A stretch of DNA of 64,000 nucleotides. Source: an uncultured Planctomycetota bacterium. GTDB lineage: Bacteria > Planctomycetota > Planctomycetia > Isosphaerales > Isosphaeraceae. The stretch spans positions 2,336,001 to 2,400,000 of the forward strand of contig CAWGMQ010000004.1 of NCBI GenBank assembly GCA_963823665.1, written 5' to 3'. The notes under the pieces were generated by a model. That model was not told where the DNA came from. It did not search any database and was given only the letters and a program-made list of their open reading frames with translations. Every line of letters begins with the position of its first letter. Positions within the stretch are counted from its first letter, which is position 1. Shown one piece after another: positions 1 to 11,886 of the stretch. The translations under genes were made by a program, and so were the position numbers.

Positions 1-849
1 GACCAGCGACTTGATGCGAGTCCCGTGCTGTCCCGGCTGATGCAAATGCAAGACGTGGGCTTGGTCGGAGGGCGACTGCAGGATCTTCCCGTTGTGGCTG
101 GGACGGCAACTGCATTTCCCTACCTGGGAATTACACCCCCACCGCCTAACTACCTGATCGAACCAGCGACATTGCCTTGGTCGGAGATTGACTCATCGCA
201 GGCTCGGTGGTTAAGGCGCTTCGGAGTAACGCATGGAGTCTGGGGTTCGGCAGACCCTGTTATTGGTACCACCGTGCTCGAACGAATCAACGATCCGTTA
301 CTCGACCGGATAATGGCAACCATTCCCAAGTCGCGCCAAGGTGGTCTGGGACCGTGGGCTCTCGTAAAGGTACCGGATGCCTTCCCGTCTGCATGGATCG
401 CTCACGAGCTTCACGAGGTTCGCGAGTGGGGAAACTTGTTCTCGGTTCTGTCGTCGAACGACCGGTCAAATGAGGCTTGGTTTGAGTCCGGGGATGGTCC
501 AACTGGATTTCCAAGATCAAACCGTGGCTCAGCTCATGTAAAAAGCTGGGATGGCACAGCCGCGATCGTCGTTCACGATAGCCCATGCATTTTGATCCTT
601 CGTCGCACTTACTACCCCGGATGGTCATATCAATTGGACGGTGCCCAGGCACGTCCGGTTCTCAAAGTCAACTCCGGTCTCCAAGCAGTTCCATTGCTTG
701 GTTCTGGTACCCGGCGGATCGAGTTCCACTACAACCCCACGGGATTGCCACTCTCTACCGCGATTTCGCTCACAGCTTTTGCCACCGTCATCATCGCCTC
801 TATCTTTGCCGGGTTGAGAGCCTTCAGAATGCACAGAAGCGATGCATAA
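1..849 (+). CDS. YfhO-like membrane protein, C-terminal part (5' end outside window)
   Basis: Frame open from base 1. Motif LILRRTYYPGWSYQLDG..PVLKVNSGLQAVPL..G..RIEFHY followed by a C-terminal TM helix resembles the YfhO C-terminus. Confidence 0.6.
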   Translation, partial: DQRLDASPVLSRLMQMQDVGLVGGRLQDLPVVAGTATAFPYLGITPPPPNYLIEPATLPWSEIDSSQARWLRRFGVTHGVWGSADPVIGTTVLERINDPLLDRIMATIPKSRQGGLGPWALVKVPDAFPSAWIAHELHEVREWGNLFSVLSSNDRSNEAWFESGDGPTGFPRSNRGSAHVKSWDGTAAIVVHDSPCILILRRTYYPGWSYQLDGAQARPVLKVNSGLQAVPLLGSGTRRIEFHYNPTGLPLSTAISLTAFATVIIASIFAGLRAFRMHRSDA

Positions 850-1227
850 CTGAGATCACAGCCAATCAGATCGCTACCGACGCTTGCGCACGCCTGGCCA
901 GTGATTCTCCTTCCGGTGGATCTGGGAGTAACCGGTGAAACAGACACTCGTGGATGGAGTATGAGAATCCGCGCCGTCATCCATTGATTTGTGCTGAGGA
1001 GCCTTCTCATGGCACGTGAATTAGGATAATCTACATCGCTTGAATGACTTCGAAACCGATGGTTCGTGGACCGCTGAATGCTCGTGCCTCATCTCTCCCT
1101 TTTACCTGGAGAGGAATGGGCAGGAGTTGTAGACCGTATGCGCGCGGTTTCGCATCACATCTCGAGACTGGTGAATTACACTGCCAGTTCATGGCACGAT
1201 CTGTTGATCCCTATGCTGAGGCACTCC

Positions 1228-4200
1228 ATGGACACCGAGCGCGATTTGCTTTTCGGCGTCATTGCCTTTCAGAATGGAGCGGTAGATGCCGACTGCCTTG
1301 CTGAAACTTGTACAGCATGGGCGACGAAGCCGTCTGCATCTCTGGCGGACCATTTTGTTGATCGTGGCTTGATCACCGTCGAGCAGAGGTCAGAGGTTGA
1401 AAGAACTGTTGCACAAGAGCTTGAGGCTCACGACGGTGATCCGCATGCAACACTTGCGGCAACCTTGGATCAGCGATCGTTGACAGCAATGGGCGAGCTG
1501 GCTAGCTCGAAAATCGCGGTTGATCTCAAGCTCAATCCGCCCGCACATCAAGCTGAAAGTGGACACGTCAGGCTCGGTGCTATCCCGGTGCAGGAGGCCG
1601 ATAGCCGGGATCGCTATACCTTGACCCACCTTCATGCCAAAGGGGGAATGGGACGTGTCTGGCTAGCCCGCGACACAGCTCTTGGTCGTCAAATTGCGCC
1701 TGAAAGAGCTGCGCCCCGATCAGACGGATAACTCGATTGTCTTCTCGCGATTTCTGTATGAGGCCAAGATCACGGCTCAACTCGAGCACCCCGGGATTGT
1801 ACCCGTCTACGAGCTCGGAGAGGGAGACACGCCGTACTACACGATGCGATTCGTGAAAGGCCGTACGCTAAGCGAGGGGATTCGGGCCTTTCATAAGAAA
1901 CGGGCCGTCGGCGAAGCCGACTCTGTTGAACGGATTGCGCTTTTGACTGCTTTTATTGGAGTGTGCCAGGCTGTTGCCTATGCACATTCGCGAGGCATAA
2001 TCCACCGCGATCTCAAGGGGCAAAATGTCGTCCTGGGAGATTTCGGCGAGGTCATGGTGCTCGACTGGGGTCTCGCCAAACGAGTCTCGCCGGACCAAGA
2101 TGGTACAAGCTCCACTCACGAATTGGAGCCATCTTCGTCTGATGCTTCACCTCCCGATGACAACCTGGCTACAGTCGCAAGTCACCCAGCGATCGATGAT
2201 CAAGACCCCGACTTGACTCTCCCCTCGATACCGGAAGCCAGCGCCGGCAGTGCGGAAAGGCCTCATTCGAGTACGGGTTTGAATGGCAGCGCCGAGCGTC
2301 ATTCGGCCGCAAATGCTAATGGCAGCGATCAAAAGCTTCTCCATTCGCGCCCAAGTAACGGCCAACGACGCAACCCGGAGTCGGGGGCTGGCCCCGAGGG
2401 CACAATGCAGGGCCAGCTTTTGGGGACCCCAGCTTACATGGCCCCCGAGCAAGCCCAGGGTCGCCACGATCTCGTCAATGAGCGGACCGATGTGTACGGT
2501 CTGGGTGCTATTCTTTATGAGATTCTGACCGGGCGGCCTCCCTTCATTGCGCCCAAAACCGCGGAGATCGTTCGCAAAGTCTGCAACGAGGCTCCCACCC
2601 CGCCGCGCCAGATCGTTGCCGACATCTCGCCGGCGCTAGAAGCTGTCTGCTTGAAAGCTCTGCAAAAAGCCTCGCATGAGCGCTACACCACGGCCGCTGA
2701 GCTTGCACAAGAAGTGCAGCGTAATCTAGCCGATGAGCCCGTCACGGCTTTCGAGGAACCTTGGACACATCGAGTCCTTCGTTGGGCGCGGAAACACAAG
2801 ACTTTGGTATCTTCGGCTGCGGCTCTGCTGATCACAGCCGTGATTGGTTTTGCTGTCAGCACGATTCTCGTTGCCGGTGAGCGTAACGAGGCGGAAGCCC
2901 AGGGCAAACAGGCCCGCACCGCCGTTCAAATGCTTACCAAGGTCAAGGACATCGGCTTCGACGAGCAACTCGACCCGCTTCAAAAAGAATTCCTCACCGC
3001 AGCGATCGAGTATTACGAACAATTCACCAGCCGCGTATCGCAAGACCCAGCCGTACGGCTTGAGCATGGCCGGATCTATCAGCAGATGGGCGACATCCAG
3101 CGCAAGCTGGGCAAGCTTCCCGAGTCAGAGCAGGCATACCGGAAGTCTATCGAGATTCTTGAACCGCTAGCTAGGCATTCCCGGGGAGGGCAAGAGCCTT
3201 CTCGAGCGCTGGCTCGAACTCGCACGCTGCTCGCCGACCTGCTGGTCCGTCGAGGTGACAAGGGTGACGCTGAGCCGCTATACAAACAGGCGGCGGAAAC
3301 GCAGGCCGCCATCGTTGCCGCGAAGGATGCCACTTCTGAGGATCACTTACGGCTTGGCCAGACCCTCAGAAGCCAGGGCGACTTGCTCCGTTTGAATGGT
3401 CAGCCAGCTCAGGCAAAACCCGTCTACGGTCGAGCCTTGGCGGTTCTCAACCAGGCATTGGCCACCGACCCGAAACACCCCGAGGTTCGCAATGAGCTGG
3501 CACTTGCGAGCGACGCGCGGGGCTGGATCAACCGTGAGCTTGGTGAAATCAAGGCCGCCGGTCAGGATTACCGCCACTCGTTGGATCTGCTCGAAAAGCT
3601 CGTCACCGACTTCCCCACCGCACCACGGTACCGTGAGTCGATGGCCAAGGCGTGCAATAGTCTGGGCCTCCTCGAGGAGACGACCGGAAGTCTGGTCGAG
3701 GCGGAGAATTACTACCGTCGCGAACTACCCTTGGTCGATCGGCTGGCACAGGACTTCCCAGACCATCCTGAACACAGCCGCGAGTTGGCGCGCACGCTTT
3801 GGAACCTGGGTAACGTTCTCGCCCGAAACCGTGATGCTGGCGCCGACGCAGTGCTCGAAAGGGCAGTTGCGATGAATCGCGCCTTGAACAAGAAACATCC
3901 CGAAGACGTTCAGATCCGATTCGACCTCTGCAGGGCTTTTCAATGCCTCGGTGATCTCCAATTCGAGCAAGGCAAGCTCGATGTGGCTGTCGCATCAATT
4001 GGTGAATCGCGATCACTCAGTGACGCCTTGGTCAAGGAATTTCCCGGGCATCCTCGATACGCCGATATCCTCGCACAGAATCTCGCCGAGTTGGGCCTCC
4101 TTCTGCATGCCCTCAATAAACCTCAATCGGAGCAGTCGTTCCAGGAATCCGCCGCGATTTACGAGAAGCTCGTGATAACCTACCCGGACAACTTCGAGTA

Positions 4201-5140
4201 CAAGATCGGCCAGGCTCGTTGTCTACGCGATCAAGGGACTATCGTAGCCGCTCTCGACCGCGCCGGGGAAGCCGAGGGCATCTATCGCAAGGCTCTCGCA
4301 CTGTTTAATGCCAATGACTCTCGAGCTCAGTCCGCCGAGTCACTTCGAATTCAAGCGGGGGTATTGAACAACCTCGGCGATCTCCATCGTCCCGGCGCGG
4401 AGAAGGCTTTCCGCGACTCAATTGCCCTTTCCTCTCGTCTGCTCGAGCGCTCGGCCCCGGCCAACAAGGACCTTCATAACCGATCAATCGCCCAGAATAA
4501 TCTGGCTGAGGTCTTGATCGGCGAGAAAAAACTGACGGAAGCTGAATCAGTTTACGCGCAGGCAGTGGCTGGCTTTGAAAAACTCGTCACGAATGCTCCC
4601 AAGGCAATCGACTTCCAGAGCCACTTCGGGATCGTCCTCGCCGCGCAAGGAAAATGCTTGGCCCTGATGGGCAAGCTCTCTGAAGGAAAATCGTCTCTGG
4701 AGAGCGCAATCGAGCACCAGCGGCTGGCAGTGAAGCTCGCCAAGAATAGCTCCGATCCTTATCGTCAATTGCTCGGCGCTCATCAGATCGACCAAGCCGA
4801 TTTGAGCATCAAGCTTAGCGCCTACGAGCAAGCTGCTCGCGTTGCCCTAGAGATTCCTAAATCCGTCCCGGCGTCCAATCGAGTCGAAGGCTGCTTTGAT
4901 GCCGCTCGAATCCTCGCCCGGACGGTTACCAAGTTGAGCAACGATGAAAAGATCGCCCAAGCTGAACGTGTTCGCCTCACGCAGAGTTACCTTGGCCGCA
5001 CGGCCATTCTGCTGCGTGAAGTGATTGATAGCGATCCCAAGCTTGCCGAGCAAATCAAAACCGACGCCGACATCAAGATCCTTCAGTCGCGTCCTGAGTT
5101 CCGTACGATCATGAACACGCTGGTGAATGTGCAGCCTTGA
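1228..5140 (+). CDS. Ser/Thr protein kinase with TM segment and TPR repeats (one +1 frameshift at ~1699)
   Basis: MDTERDLLFGVIA N-terminus and GGMGRV glycine loop. Removing one C in gcgCctg restores IALKELRP. Downstream HPGIVPVY, HRDLKGQN, DWG, GTPAYMAPEQ, DVYGLG, then TPR-like helices. Confidence 0.9.
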
Positions 5141-5188
5141 CTTGCACGCGGCCTGACTTGCGCATGCGGCCACATCCACGAACGAAAC

Positions 5189-5217
5189 AACCAGCCCGTG
5201 TGCCACACCGGCTGGTT
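5189..5217. terminator. Hairpin between convergent genes, possible terminator
   Basis: aaccagcc-c-gtgt-gcc-acac-c-ggctggtt inverted repeat; no strong U tract. Confidence 0.35.
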
Positions 5218-5914
5218 ATGCAGAGACGCAATGCCCCGGCACGACGGACAACGCGAAGTTAGCACGCAACCGCTTCGGCGTACAGCGCAACCGCTGCCGA
5301 AGCCAGATGAGCGGCAATACCCCCGCCCCCGCAGCCAGTAGAATCAAGGACGATGGTTCGGGCACGCTGAAGATCTGAAACGAACCGCCTCCTTGCTGCG
5401 TTTGCCCATCGATCGTGTATGTGTAATCGAGTACAGTGCCACTCGGGTAAGGCACAACTCCAGTCGGGAAGTCATAAGTCGAGGTAATTTCAAATTGGCC
5501 AAGGTATACCCGACCTCCTGGCGGTGTCGACACCGTGTAAGGAGTACTCCCGACGTATTCAAATTGTACGTCGGCAGCGTATGGAGCACTCGACGGCGGC
5601 GTTACGTCAGTCAGGCTGAAAAGCGACCATTGCAGCGGAATCACGATGGATGGCACAGTGGTGCTGCGAAGTCCGGGTAGAACATCGATGGTGAAGGAAT
5701 CACCGTTCTGGAAAGTATTTGTTCCCGTAGAGGAAGGAGCGTTCAAATACACGTCGAATATGTAATCGTACGGAGGATCACCACCTCCAGGCTTGTACCC
5801 GCCTGTGATTGTAATTGATGACGACCCAGCCTGGACGTCCCGAAGTCCGATGAACATCGTTGTCAGGGAACACAACCCAGCCAGAATCCACGTCCTCTTC
5901 ATGCATCGCATCAT
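5216..5914 (-). CDS. PEP-CTERM sorting domain protein
   Basis: Signal peptide; C-terminal VPEPSSLILLAAGAGVLPLIWLRQR; GAGGAGG RBS before the ATG at 5914. Confidence 0.85.
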   Translation of the reverse strand: MMRCMKRTWILAGLCSLTTMFIGLRDVQAGSSSITITGGYKPGGGDPPYDYIFDVYLNAPSSTGTNTFQNGDSFTIDVLPGLRSTTVPSIVIPLQWSLFSLTDVTPPSSAPYAADVQFEYVGSTPYTVSTPPGGRVYLGQFEITSTYDFPTGVVPYPSGTVLDYTYTIDGQTQQGGGSFQIFSVPEPSSLILLAAGAGVLPLIWLRQRLRCTPKRLRANFALSVVPGHCVSA

Positions 5915-6362
5915 TCTAAGTCCGCCTCCTCGCGAGTACTTCTTGAATAGCATTCTCGATCAGGGAAAAGAGGCTTGGTTCCACCTAGCACTCACTCCGG
6001 AAAGTCCTTGTCGTGTGATCGGCGCTCGCACAAACAAGATCGAACTCGCGCATCCACAGGTCGTTGTACCACTGGTTCAAGCTAAATCCCACCCATCATA
6101 ACTAGCGTGCGTGTCGTATGGCAATGATCGGTTTGGAGAATACCAAACGCGTTCTAAAAAAGGAACGTTCGCAGACCGAGATACGAATGTGAATCATCTA
6201 TCTTGCCGCCAGAATTCGTCGCAGTGATCCTGGCGCGAATGACTACGAGCGAGTGGAAATTCGGTACACATGGCACTGATTGACGTGGAGCTCATTCGCT
6301 ATTCCGACTAGAATCTTCGACCCGCCCTCTAATCACAATCTGATCCGTTATCAGGAGGTGTC

Positions 6363-6740
6363 ATGGATCTCAAAAGAGCATGGACGCTGTGCGCAGCGAG
6401 TCGCTCATTGCGGTTCCTGATTCCAATTTCCATTTTGCTACTGGCATCCGTTGGGTGGAACGTACGGTACTATCAACTCGACCGGGAGCGACGCGCTCAG
6501 GCGAAGGAGGTAGAACGCGTCACAAAGGCTGCTGCTGCGTTGGCCAGGGAGCAAGCAGACCTCGCTCAGTCCCAAAGGCGAAAGAGGGATGCGAAATCAG
6601 ACGCGCGCCTCCAGGAGCTCTATGATGAAATCAATCAGTTGACCCGCCTGAGCGAACGCGTTTTGCTACCCGATCAGGTACCTCGAACTACTCCTCCTAC
6701 AGAAGGTAACAGCCAGGATCATGCCGTACGCATTCGCTGA
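6363..6740 (+). CDS. Hypothetical membrane-anchored coiled-coil protein
   Basis: AGGAGG RBS, N-terminal hydrophobic helix, charged helical region. Confidence 0.65.
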   Translation: MDLKRAWTLCAASRSLRFLIPISILLLASVGWNVRYYQLDRERRAQAKEVERVTKAAAALAREQADLAQSQRRKRDAKSDARLQELYDEINQLTRLSERVLLPDQVPRTTPPTEGNSQDHAVRIR

Positions 6741-6782
6741 TGCTGTGACCTAGCTCGTGGTGCATCTCTCGGAAGCTGTGTG

Positions 6783-8153
6783 CTATCCCAGCGTCCATCC
6801 TTTCCGGTAATCACGTCGGATCAATGGCTTAGCCTCTGGAGCATTCAACGCGCACATTTCGGTTGTGTTCCAGTCAAGTTTTTTTCCGACCCGGTACGCC
6901 ACGTTGCCCAGATGGTTGGCCTCAGTCAGCCAACCGGCATACTCGAAGTTACACGTTGTCGGTGAGCCCGTCTTGCAGGCATGGATCCACTCGGCGTAAT
7001 GACCAAGTGATCTCGGAATAAACGGCTCAGGTGCGGTGAAATCACGATAGGCTTTCTCAGGTAAGAGAATGTTTTTCTCATAGCTGGCTAGCAGCATTCC
7101 CTTGGCGCCGACGAATAGTACACCGCTGTCCCATTTAGGGATTGCACCGGTTTTCCATACCGCTGGTTTCTCTTCTCCCTGGTACCAGTGGAGCTTCAGA
7201 GGCGGCATCGTCCCACGCGAGCCAAATTCATAGGTCACGCGCATCGAAGCTGGAGCAATTTCCCGATGCGGTGGTGGGCCCGCTGCCTCGACCGTCAGTG
7301 GAGCCTTCAGATCGAGCGCCCAGAACGGTAGGTCGTTCCAGTGACTGCCCAGATCACTCATCGTGCCATTGCCAAAATCCCACCACCGATACCATTTGGG
7401 TCCGGGAAAATAGACTTCGTGAAACGGCCGCTTGGGTGCCGGCCCGAGCCACAAGTCCCAATCCAACCCTTTGGGAAGAGGTGATATGCCCGCCGGCCGT
7501 TCAGTCGTGTCAACAATGTCATGATGGTGCTTCGCAGCCTCTTGTAACTGACGGCCCCATGCTCTCCCAACCCAGACGTGAACCTCGTGAACCTGTCCAA
7601 CCGCTCCGGTCTGAATCAACTCGACAACTCGGCGATAGTTATCGCCGGCATGAATCTGGGTTCCCATCTGGGTTGCAACCTTCGCTTTCTTCGCAGCCTG
7701 GCGAATAACACGAGCCTCCCAGACATTGTACGAAAGCGGTTTTTCACAATAGACATGCTTGCCTAGCTGCAGTGCGGGTAATGTGGCGAAGGCGTGCGTG
7801 TGCTCGGTCGTACTCACAACTACGGCGTCGAATGCATGTGCGTTGTCGTATAACCTGCGGAAATCGTTGTAACGGCGAGCCTCAGGATAATTCGCGCTGG
7901 CGCGGATGAGAAATGGCTCAAAGACGTCGCACAGCGCGGCGATGTTCTCGGAGGTAACGCCGCGTAGATTATCGCTTCCTCGTCCACCGACTCCGATCAT
8001 TGCAATATTCAAGCGGTCGTTAAGATTCCGACCGCGCACAACTGCCGGAACAGCAACAGCCGTAACGCCACCCACCAAAGCAAGGCCAAATTGTCGACGC
8101 GTTGGCTGAGACGAGCATCTCTTGGAGGAACCGGAAATTGATTCGCCACTCAT
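6783..8153 (-). CDS. Gfo/Idh/MocA family oxidoreductase, Tat signal
   Basis: TRRQF Tat motif; [32 protein letters not shown]. Confidence 0.92.
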   Translation of the reverse strand: MSGESISGSSKRCSSQPTRRQFGLALVGGVTAVAVPAVVRGRNLNDRLNIAMIGVGGRGSDNLRGVTSENIAALCDVFEPFLIRASANYPEARRYNDFRRLYDNAHAFDAVVVSTTEHTHAFATLPALQLGKHVYCEKPLSYNVWEARVIRQAAKKAKVATQMGTQIHAGDNYRRVVELIQTGAVGQVHEVHVWVGRAWGRQLQEAAKHHHDIVDTTERPAGISPLPKGLDWDLWLGPAPKRPFHEVYFPGPKWYRWWDFGNGTMSDLGSHWNDLPFWALDLKAPLTVEAAGPPPHREIAPASMRVTYEFGSRGTMPPLKLHWYQGEEKPAVWKTGAIPKWDSGVLFVGAKGMLLASYEKNILLPEKAYRDFTAPEPFIPRSLGHYAEWIHACKTGSPTTCNFEYAGWLTEANHLGNVAYRVGKKLDWNTTEMCALNAPEAKPLIRRDYRKGWTLG

Positions 8154-8376
8154 GAAAACTACTCCTGAGCTGAGAACAACGTTCGTTCGGACTCTGGGGT
8201 GGCCTCCTGATCTTGCACCATCTTCCTAGAATGAATCGAACGTTTCCAGTGCTGGTTGGAGCCAGGCGTTTGCGCTTGTTCATTGTGTTGGGGAACTTTA
8301 GGATGAAGACGGATCAAGGTTTGCAAACAGACGATGGATCGCAGTCTCAGACTGGTCGCTGATGGGAGGCATCGCG

Positions 8377-9552
8377 ATGCAAAGCCAGCGGAGGATACTT
8401 GCCAGGAAGGCGTGGGTTGCAGTCGTTATCACAATCATGCTGGTCGGAGCTGCACTTGGCCAGGCGCAGCGCCAACCCGCACGTGGTCCACTGCGCAACC
8501 AAGGAGGCGTGCCTTTGAAGAAGGCACGACCTGAGGCTGGCGACCCGCTTGCCAAGGCAGTGCACGCGCTCCAGAAGCCTGCTACGGGATTATCTCATTA
8601 CACTTTTCGTCTTCGATCGTTTGATGGTACACCACTGGCCGCATCTTATTATCCCTCTCGGCTTGGTAACTCCGCCCCCACGGTCATGCTCATTCATGAG
8701 ACAGGACGGTCACGCAAGGACTTCGAAGACCCTGTCGAGGAATTGAAGGGTCAAGGTCTTGCCGCGCACCTCCAGGGGCTGGGTTACGCTGTTTTTAGCA
8801 TGGATCTCCGCTGGCAAGGACAGAATCCGCGTAGAGCTTTGACCGCCGATGAGCGGCCGAAGCTGCTCGAGGATCTACAGGCTGGATATTTCTTCTTGGT
8901 CGACCGCCACAACCGCGGTGACTTGAACCTGGAAAAGCTTGGTGTGGTCGCCTTGGGCGATGGGGCAAATCTCGTAACCAGTTGGGCGATACAGCCCAGT
9001 GCGGCAATCACGATTGAGGGCAAGCCCAGCGACGTGAGCGCTCTGGCACTGATCTCGCCTAATCCCGAAGGATTCGGCTACATCCTCAGACATGGACTGA
9101 CAACGCTCGCCCCTCGCGTGCCCATCCTCCTGATTGCCGGTGAGCGTGATAACGCATCCAAAGACGCCGTACAGTCAGTCCGGCAAGTTCTCCAGCGCGT
9201 CCGGCTCAGCAAAACCGAGCTCTTTCCGTCCGCGCTACACGGTTACAAACTCCTGCGACTCGAGCCCAAGATCACGTCAACCCTGGTTCACTTTCTGGAG
9301 ACAACTCTCAAGAATCGTCCTGTGGAGTGGGAGCCAAAATACAATTTGACGCCGATCACATTCGGTGATTCTCAACTCGTCAAGAACGACAAGCAGACTG
9401 AAAACACAAAGAACAACATCGCCAAGGACGTTCCCAAGAACCCTGAAAAAAAGGCCGAAATACCCGGGAAAACCAAAGCCGAGCCCAAGCAGCAAGAAAA
9501 AAACCTTCCGCCCTCACCAGCACAACCCGAGCCGACGGACAAAGCAGACTGA
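8377..9552 (+). CDS. Secreted alpha/beta hydrolase-fold protein
   Basis: GGGAGG RBS; signal peptide; DGTPLAASYYP, VMLIHE, GYAVFSMDLR, PILLIAGERD, ALHG; Lys/Pro-rich tail. Confidence 0.8.
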   Translation: MQSQRRILARKAWVAVVITIMLVGAALGQAQRQPARGPLRNQGGVPLKKARPEAGDPLAKAVHALQKPATGLSHYTFRLRSFDGTPLAASYYPSRLGNSAPTVMLIHETGRSRKDFEDPVEELKGQGLAAHLQGLGYAVFSMDLRWQGQNPRRALTADERPKLLEDLQAGYFFLVDRHNRGDLNLEKLGVVALGDGANLVTSWAIQPSAAITIEGKPSDVSALALISPNPEGFGYILRHGLTTLAPRVPILLIAGERDNASKDAVQSVRQVLQRVRLSKTELFPSALHGYKLLRLEPKITSTLVHFLETTLKNRPVEWEPKYNLTPITFGDSQLVKNDKQTENTKNNIAKDVPKNPEKKAEIPGKTKAEPKQQEKNLPPSPAQPEPTDKAD

Positions 9553-9737
9553 GAAAGATCCACAACGTCTGAGCAAAAAGAGCCTCTTTTCTGCAAAACA
9601 CTCTTCCCAAACCGCAATCGAACCGTAGAATCGAAATTAGGGATGTGACAACTGTCATGGACTGGGTTTGATCCTGTCCCACCTCAGTTCGCATCCTTGA
9701 TATCAGGGATCCTTGGCATCGACAAAGGGAGCTGGTC

Positions 9738-10457
9738 GTGATGACCTATCTTTCGGAGGATCCGACATATCTCGCTGGTGGTCTCTTGCTGCTTGGGGCA
9801 GCGTTTGTGATCGCGCTGAAAGCCACCCAGCAGGGAAAGTACCTTATTGGTGCCGCAACCACACTGGCCCTGGCTGTCTTGGTTGTGATAGTCGAATGGG
9901 TGTGGGTTACCGAAAACGAGCGGATCGAGAAAGTCGTATACGAGGTACGAGCAGCGGTGTTGAAGTCGGACGCAGATGGAGTTCTCGCGCATCTTGCACC
10001 CAACGTCATGTACCAGCAAGGTGATACAGCGCTCATGTCTGATGCCACCCGTGAGTTGATCCGTAAGAATGTGAGCGACGTGCGCCTGGAGTTTGCCCGG
10101 ATTACCGAACTGCGCACCAGTGTTGGTCAGCAAACGCGGCGAGGCATTGCTGAGTTCCGTGTCTTCACACGCGGGGGGTTGAAGTCTTGGTCCCAAGTCA
10201 GCGATGGGATGACGACGATGACAGCTTGGTCCCTCGGGTTCCAGGAAACGGAACCGGGTGTTTGGAAAATCTATCGAATCAGCCCGGTCTCGATACCGAC
10301 TGGTGTCCTGGCGTTGCCAGGTGGAGTAATGCCGTCTGACGGATCACACATCGGTCTCAATGACGCCATCGGCGTACCCCGGGCTGGAGTCCAGTCGTTC
10401 CCCCAGAGCCGCAATCGTTCCCGACGCACTCCAAGCGTTCATACCCGGACAAACTGA
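9738..10457 (+). CDS. Hypothetical membrane protein (2 TM plus possible NTF2/SnoaL-like domain)
   Basis: Two N-terminal TM helices, then D..GVLAHLAP...WKIYRI, typical of NTF2-like folds; GGGAG RBS. Confidence 0.6.
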   Translation: MMTYLSEDPTYLAGGLLLLGAAFVIALKATQQGKYLIGAATTLALAVLVVIVEWVWVTENERIEKVVYEVRAAVLKSDADGVLAHLAPNVMYQQGDTALMSDATRELIRKNVSDVRLEFARITELRTSVGQQTRRGIAEFRVFTRGGLKSWSQVSDGMTTMTAWSLGFQETEPGVWKIYRISPVSIPTGVLALPGGVMPSDGSHIGLNDAIGVPRAGVQSFPQSRNRSRRTPSVHTRTN

Positions 10458-10486
10458 CGCAGCGTGCCGGAAATTGCAACGTCAAC

Positions 10487-11005
10487 TTACTTGCGGTCTG
10501 GGTACTCGATGACGATGAGTTTATGCTCCTTCTCGTCATAGGCGTACTCCTGATACGCTGGAAGTTTGGGCAGCGAGATGTTATTGGCCTTGATGATCTC
10601 GGCCATGAATTCGTCATAGTCCTTGGGATATCGGTCGTTCGCGCCGTGGAACAGATTTAGTGCATGCTCAATCTGAAGTTGCGAAGCACGTCCGATGATC
10701 GCTACGTAGGCATTACCCTGCAGGGTAATGGGGTCCTTCGCAACAATTTTGGTTGAGGCAACCCTGGCATCTCCTTGCTTCAGTGCTGCCTCCGCTTCGA
10801 CGACCTTCTGCGTGCGTTGACCGATAATCGGTCCGGAATCCTCTCGCGGCTTGGAGGAAACGCTGCGTTTGCCAGCCGTAACTCTGGGCTCTTCCTCGCA
10901 TCCGCTTGATGCAATCGCAAACCCAGCCAAAAGCAGCCAGTACAAGCCGCTAATGTGCCCCATTGGCTTCCGGTCACGAGCGGTGCTGTTGGTATCTGGA
11001 CACAT
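10487..11005 (-). CDS. Hypothetical lipoprotein
   Basis: Lipobox-like IASSGC; HALNLF....RYPK.YDEFM segment; GAGGA RBS; follows surE on the same strand. Confidence 0.7.
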   Translation of the reverse strand: MCPDTNSTARDRKPMGHISGLYWLLLAGFAIASSGCEEEPRVTAGKRSVSSKPREDSGPIIGQRTQKVVEAEAALKQGDARVASTKIVAKDPITLQGNAYVAIIGRASQLQIEHALNLFHGANDRYPKDYDEFMAEIIKANNISLPKLPAYQEYAYDEKEHKLIVIEYPDRK

Positions 11006-11028
11006 GGCTCGTTCCTCTAATAACTTGG

Positions 11029-11790
11029 CTAATCACCCCAATTCCACTTGCTGATTTCCTCAATTGCGTCGTATCGGGTTAAATCGAAATGGAGTGGGGT
11101 AACAGTGATGTAGCCCTCGCACAGGCTTGTCACGTCAGTCTCAGGCCCCTCAAGGTGGTAAGGAGGGTTGTAAGTCATCCAGTAGTATGTACGCCCTCGT
11201 GGGTCTTGGCGTTGCTCAAATCCCTCGCCATAACGTCCCAACCCCATTGGTACGACGCGAATGCCCCGCGGTTCTCCACGTGAATGCGCAGGCAAGTTAA
11301 CGTTGAACAGCGACCCATTCGGAGGCCGATTCGCCAGGATTTTTTCGATGACCCGTACTGCATTCTTGGCAGCGTGAGGAAAATCAAAATGCTCGGAGAG
11401 CTCGAGTGAAACGGCAATGCTCGTGATCTTGAAAAAAGCACCCTCAATCGCTGCTGCAACCGTCCCCGAATACAAAACGTTAATTCCAGCATTTGAACCT
11501 GAGTTAATACCGGAGACAATAAGGTCCGGGGGCCGCGATAGAAGCTCGCAGATGCCAAGCTTCACGCTGTCAGCAGGGCTGCCTTCAACCTTCCATCCGA
11601 GCGTGGTGCCGTCGACATCCTCGACGCGCTTTACCACGAGCGGACTCAGGAGTGTGATTGAATGCGCGACACCGCTCTGCTCCATCGCCGGCGCCACCAC
11701 GGTTACTTCTCCTAGACGCAGCAACTCCTTGCGCAATGCTCGAAGTCCTGGTGCGAATACGCCGTCGTCGTTGGTCAACAGAATTTGCAT
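11029..11790 (-). CDS. surE: 5'/3'-nucleotidase SurE
   Basis: ILLTNDDG, VVAP..EQSG, GSPAD, SGINSGSN, YSGTVAAA.EG. Confidence 0.97.
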   Translation of the reverse strand: MQILLTNDDGVFAPGLRALRKELLRLGEVTVVAPAMEQSGVAHSITLLSPLVVKRVEDVDGTTLGWKVEGSPADSVKLGICELLSRPPDLIVSGINSGSNAGINVLYSGTVAAAIEGAFFKITSIAVSLELSEHFDFPHAAKNAVRVIEKILANRPPNGSLFNVNLPAHSRGEPRGIRVVPMGLGRYGEGFEQRQDPRGRTYYWMTYNPPYHLEGPETDVTSLCEGYITVTPLHFDLTRYDAIEEISKWNWGD

Positions 11791-11886
11791 CGTTCAATCA
11801 GTGATGTGATTCACGAATTCCGAGGCGTCATTTTGAACCCATTGGCTCAGCCGATCGTAACGGGATGTGCCAATGCACGTCAACCA

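Noticed and set aside
5136..5171. Imperfect tandem repeat tgacttgc..gcggcc at the kinase stop
   Set aside because: Only two short degenerate copies; no function can be supported.
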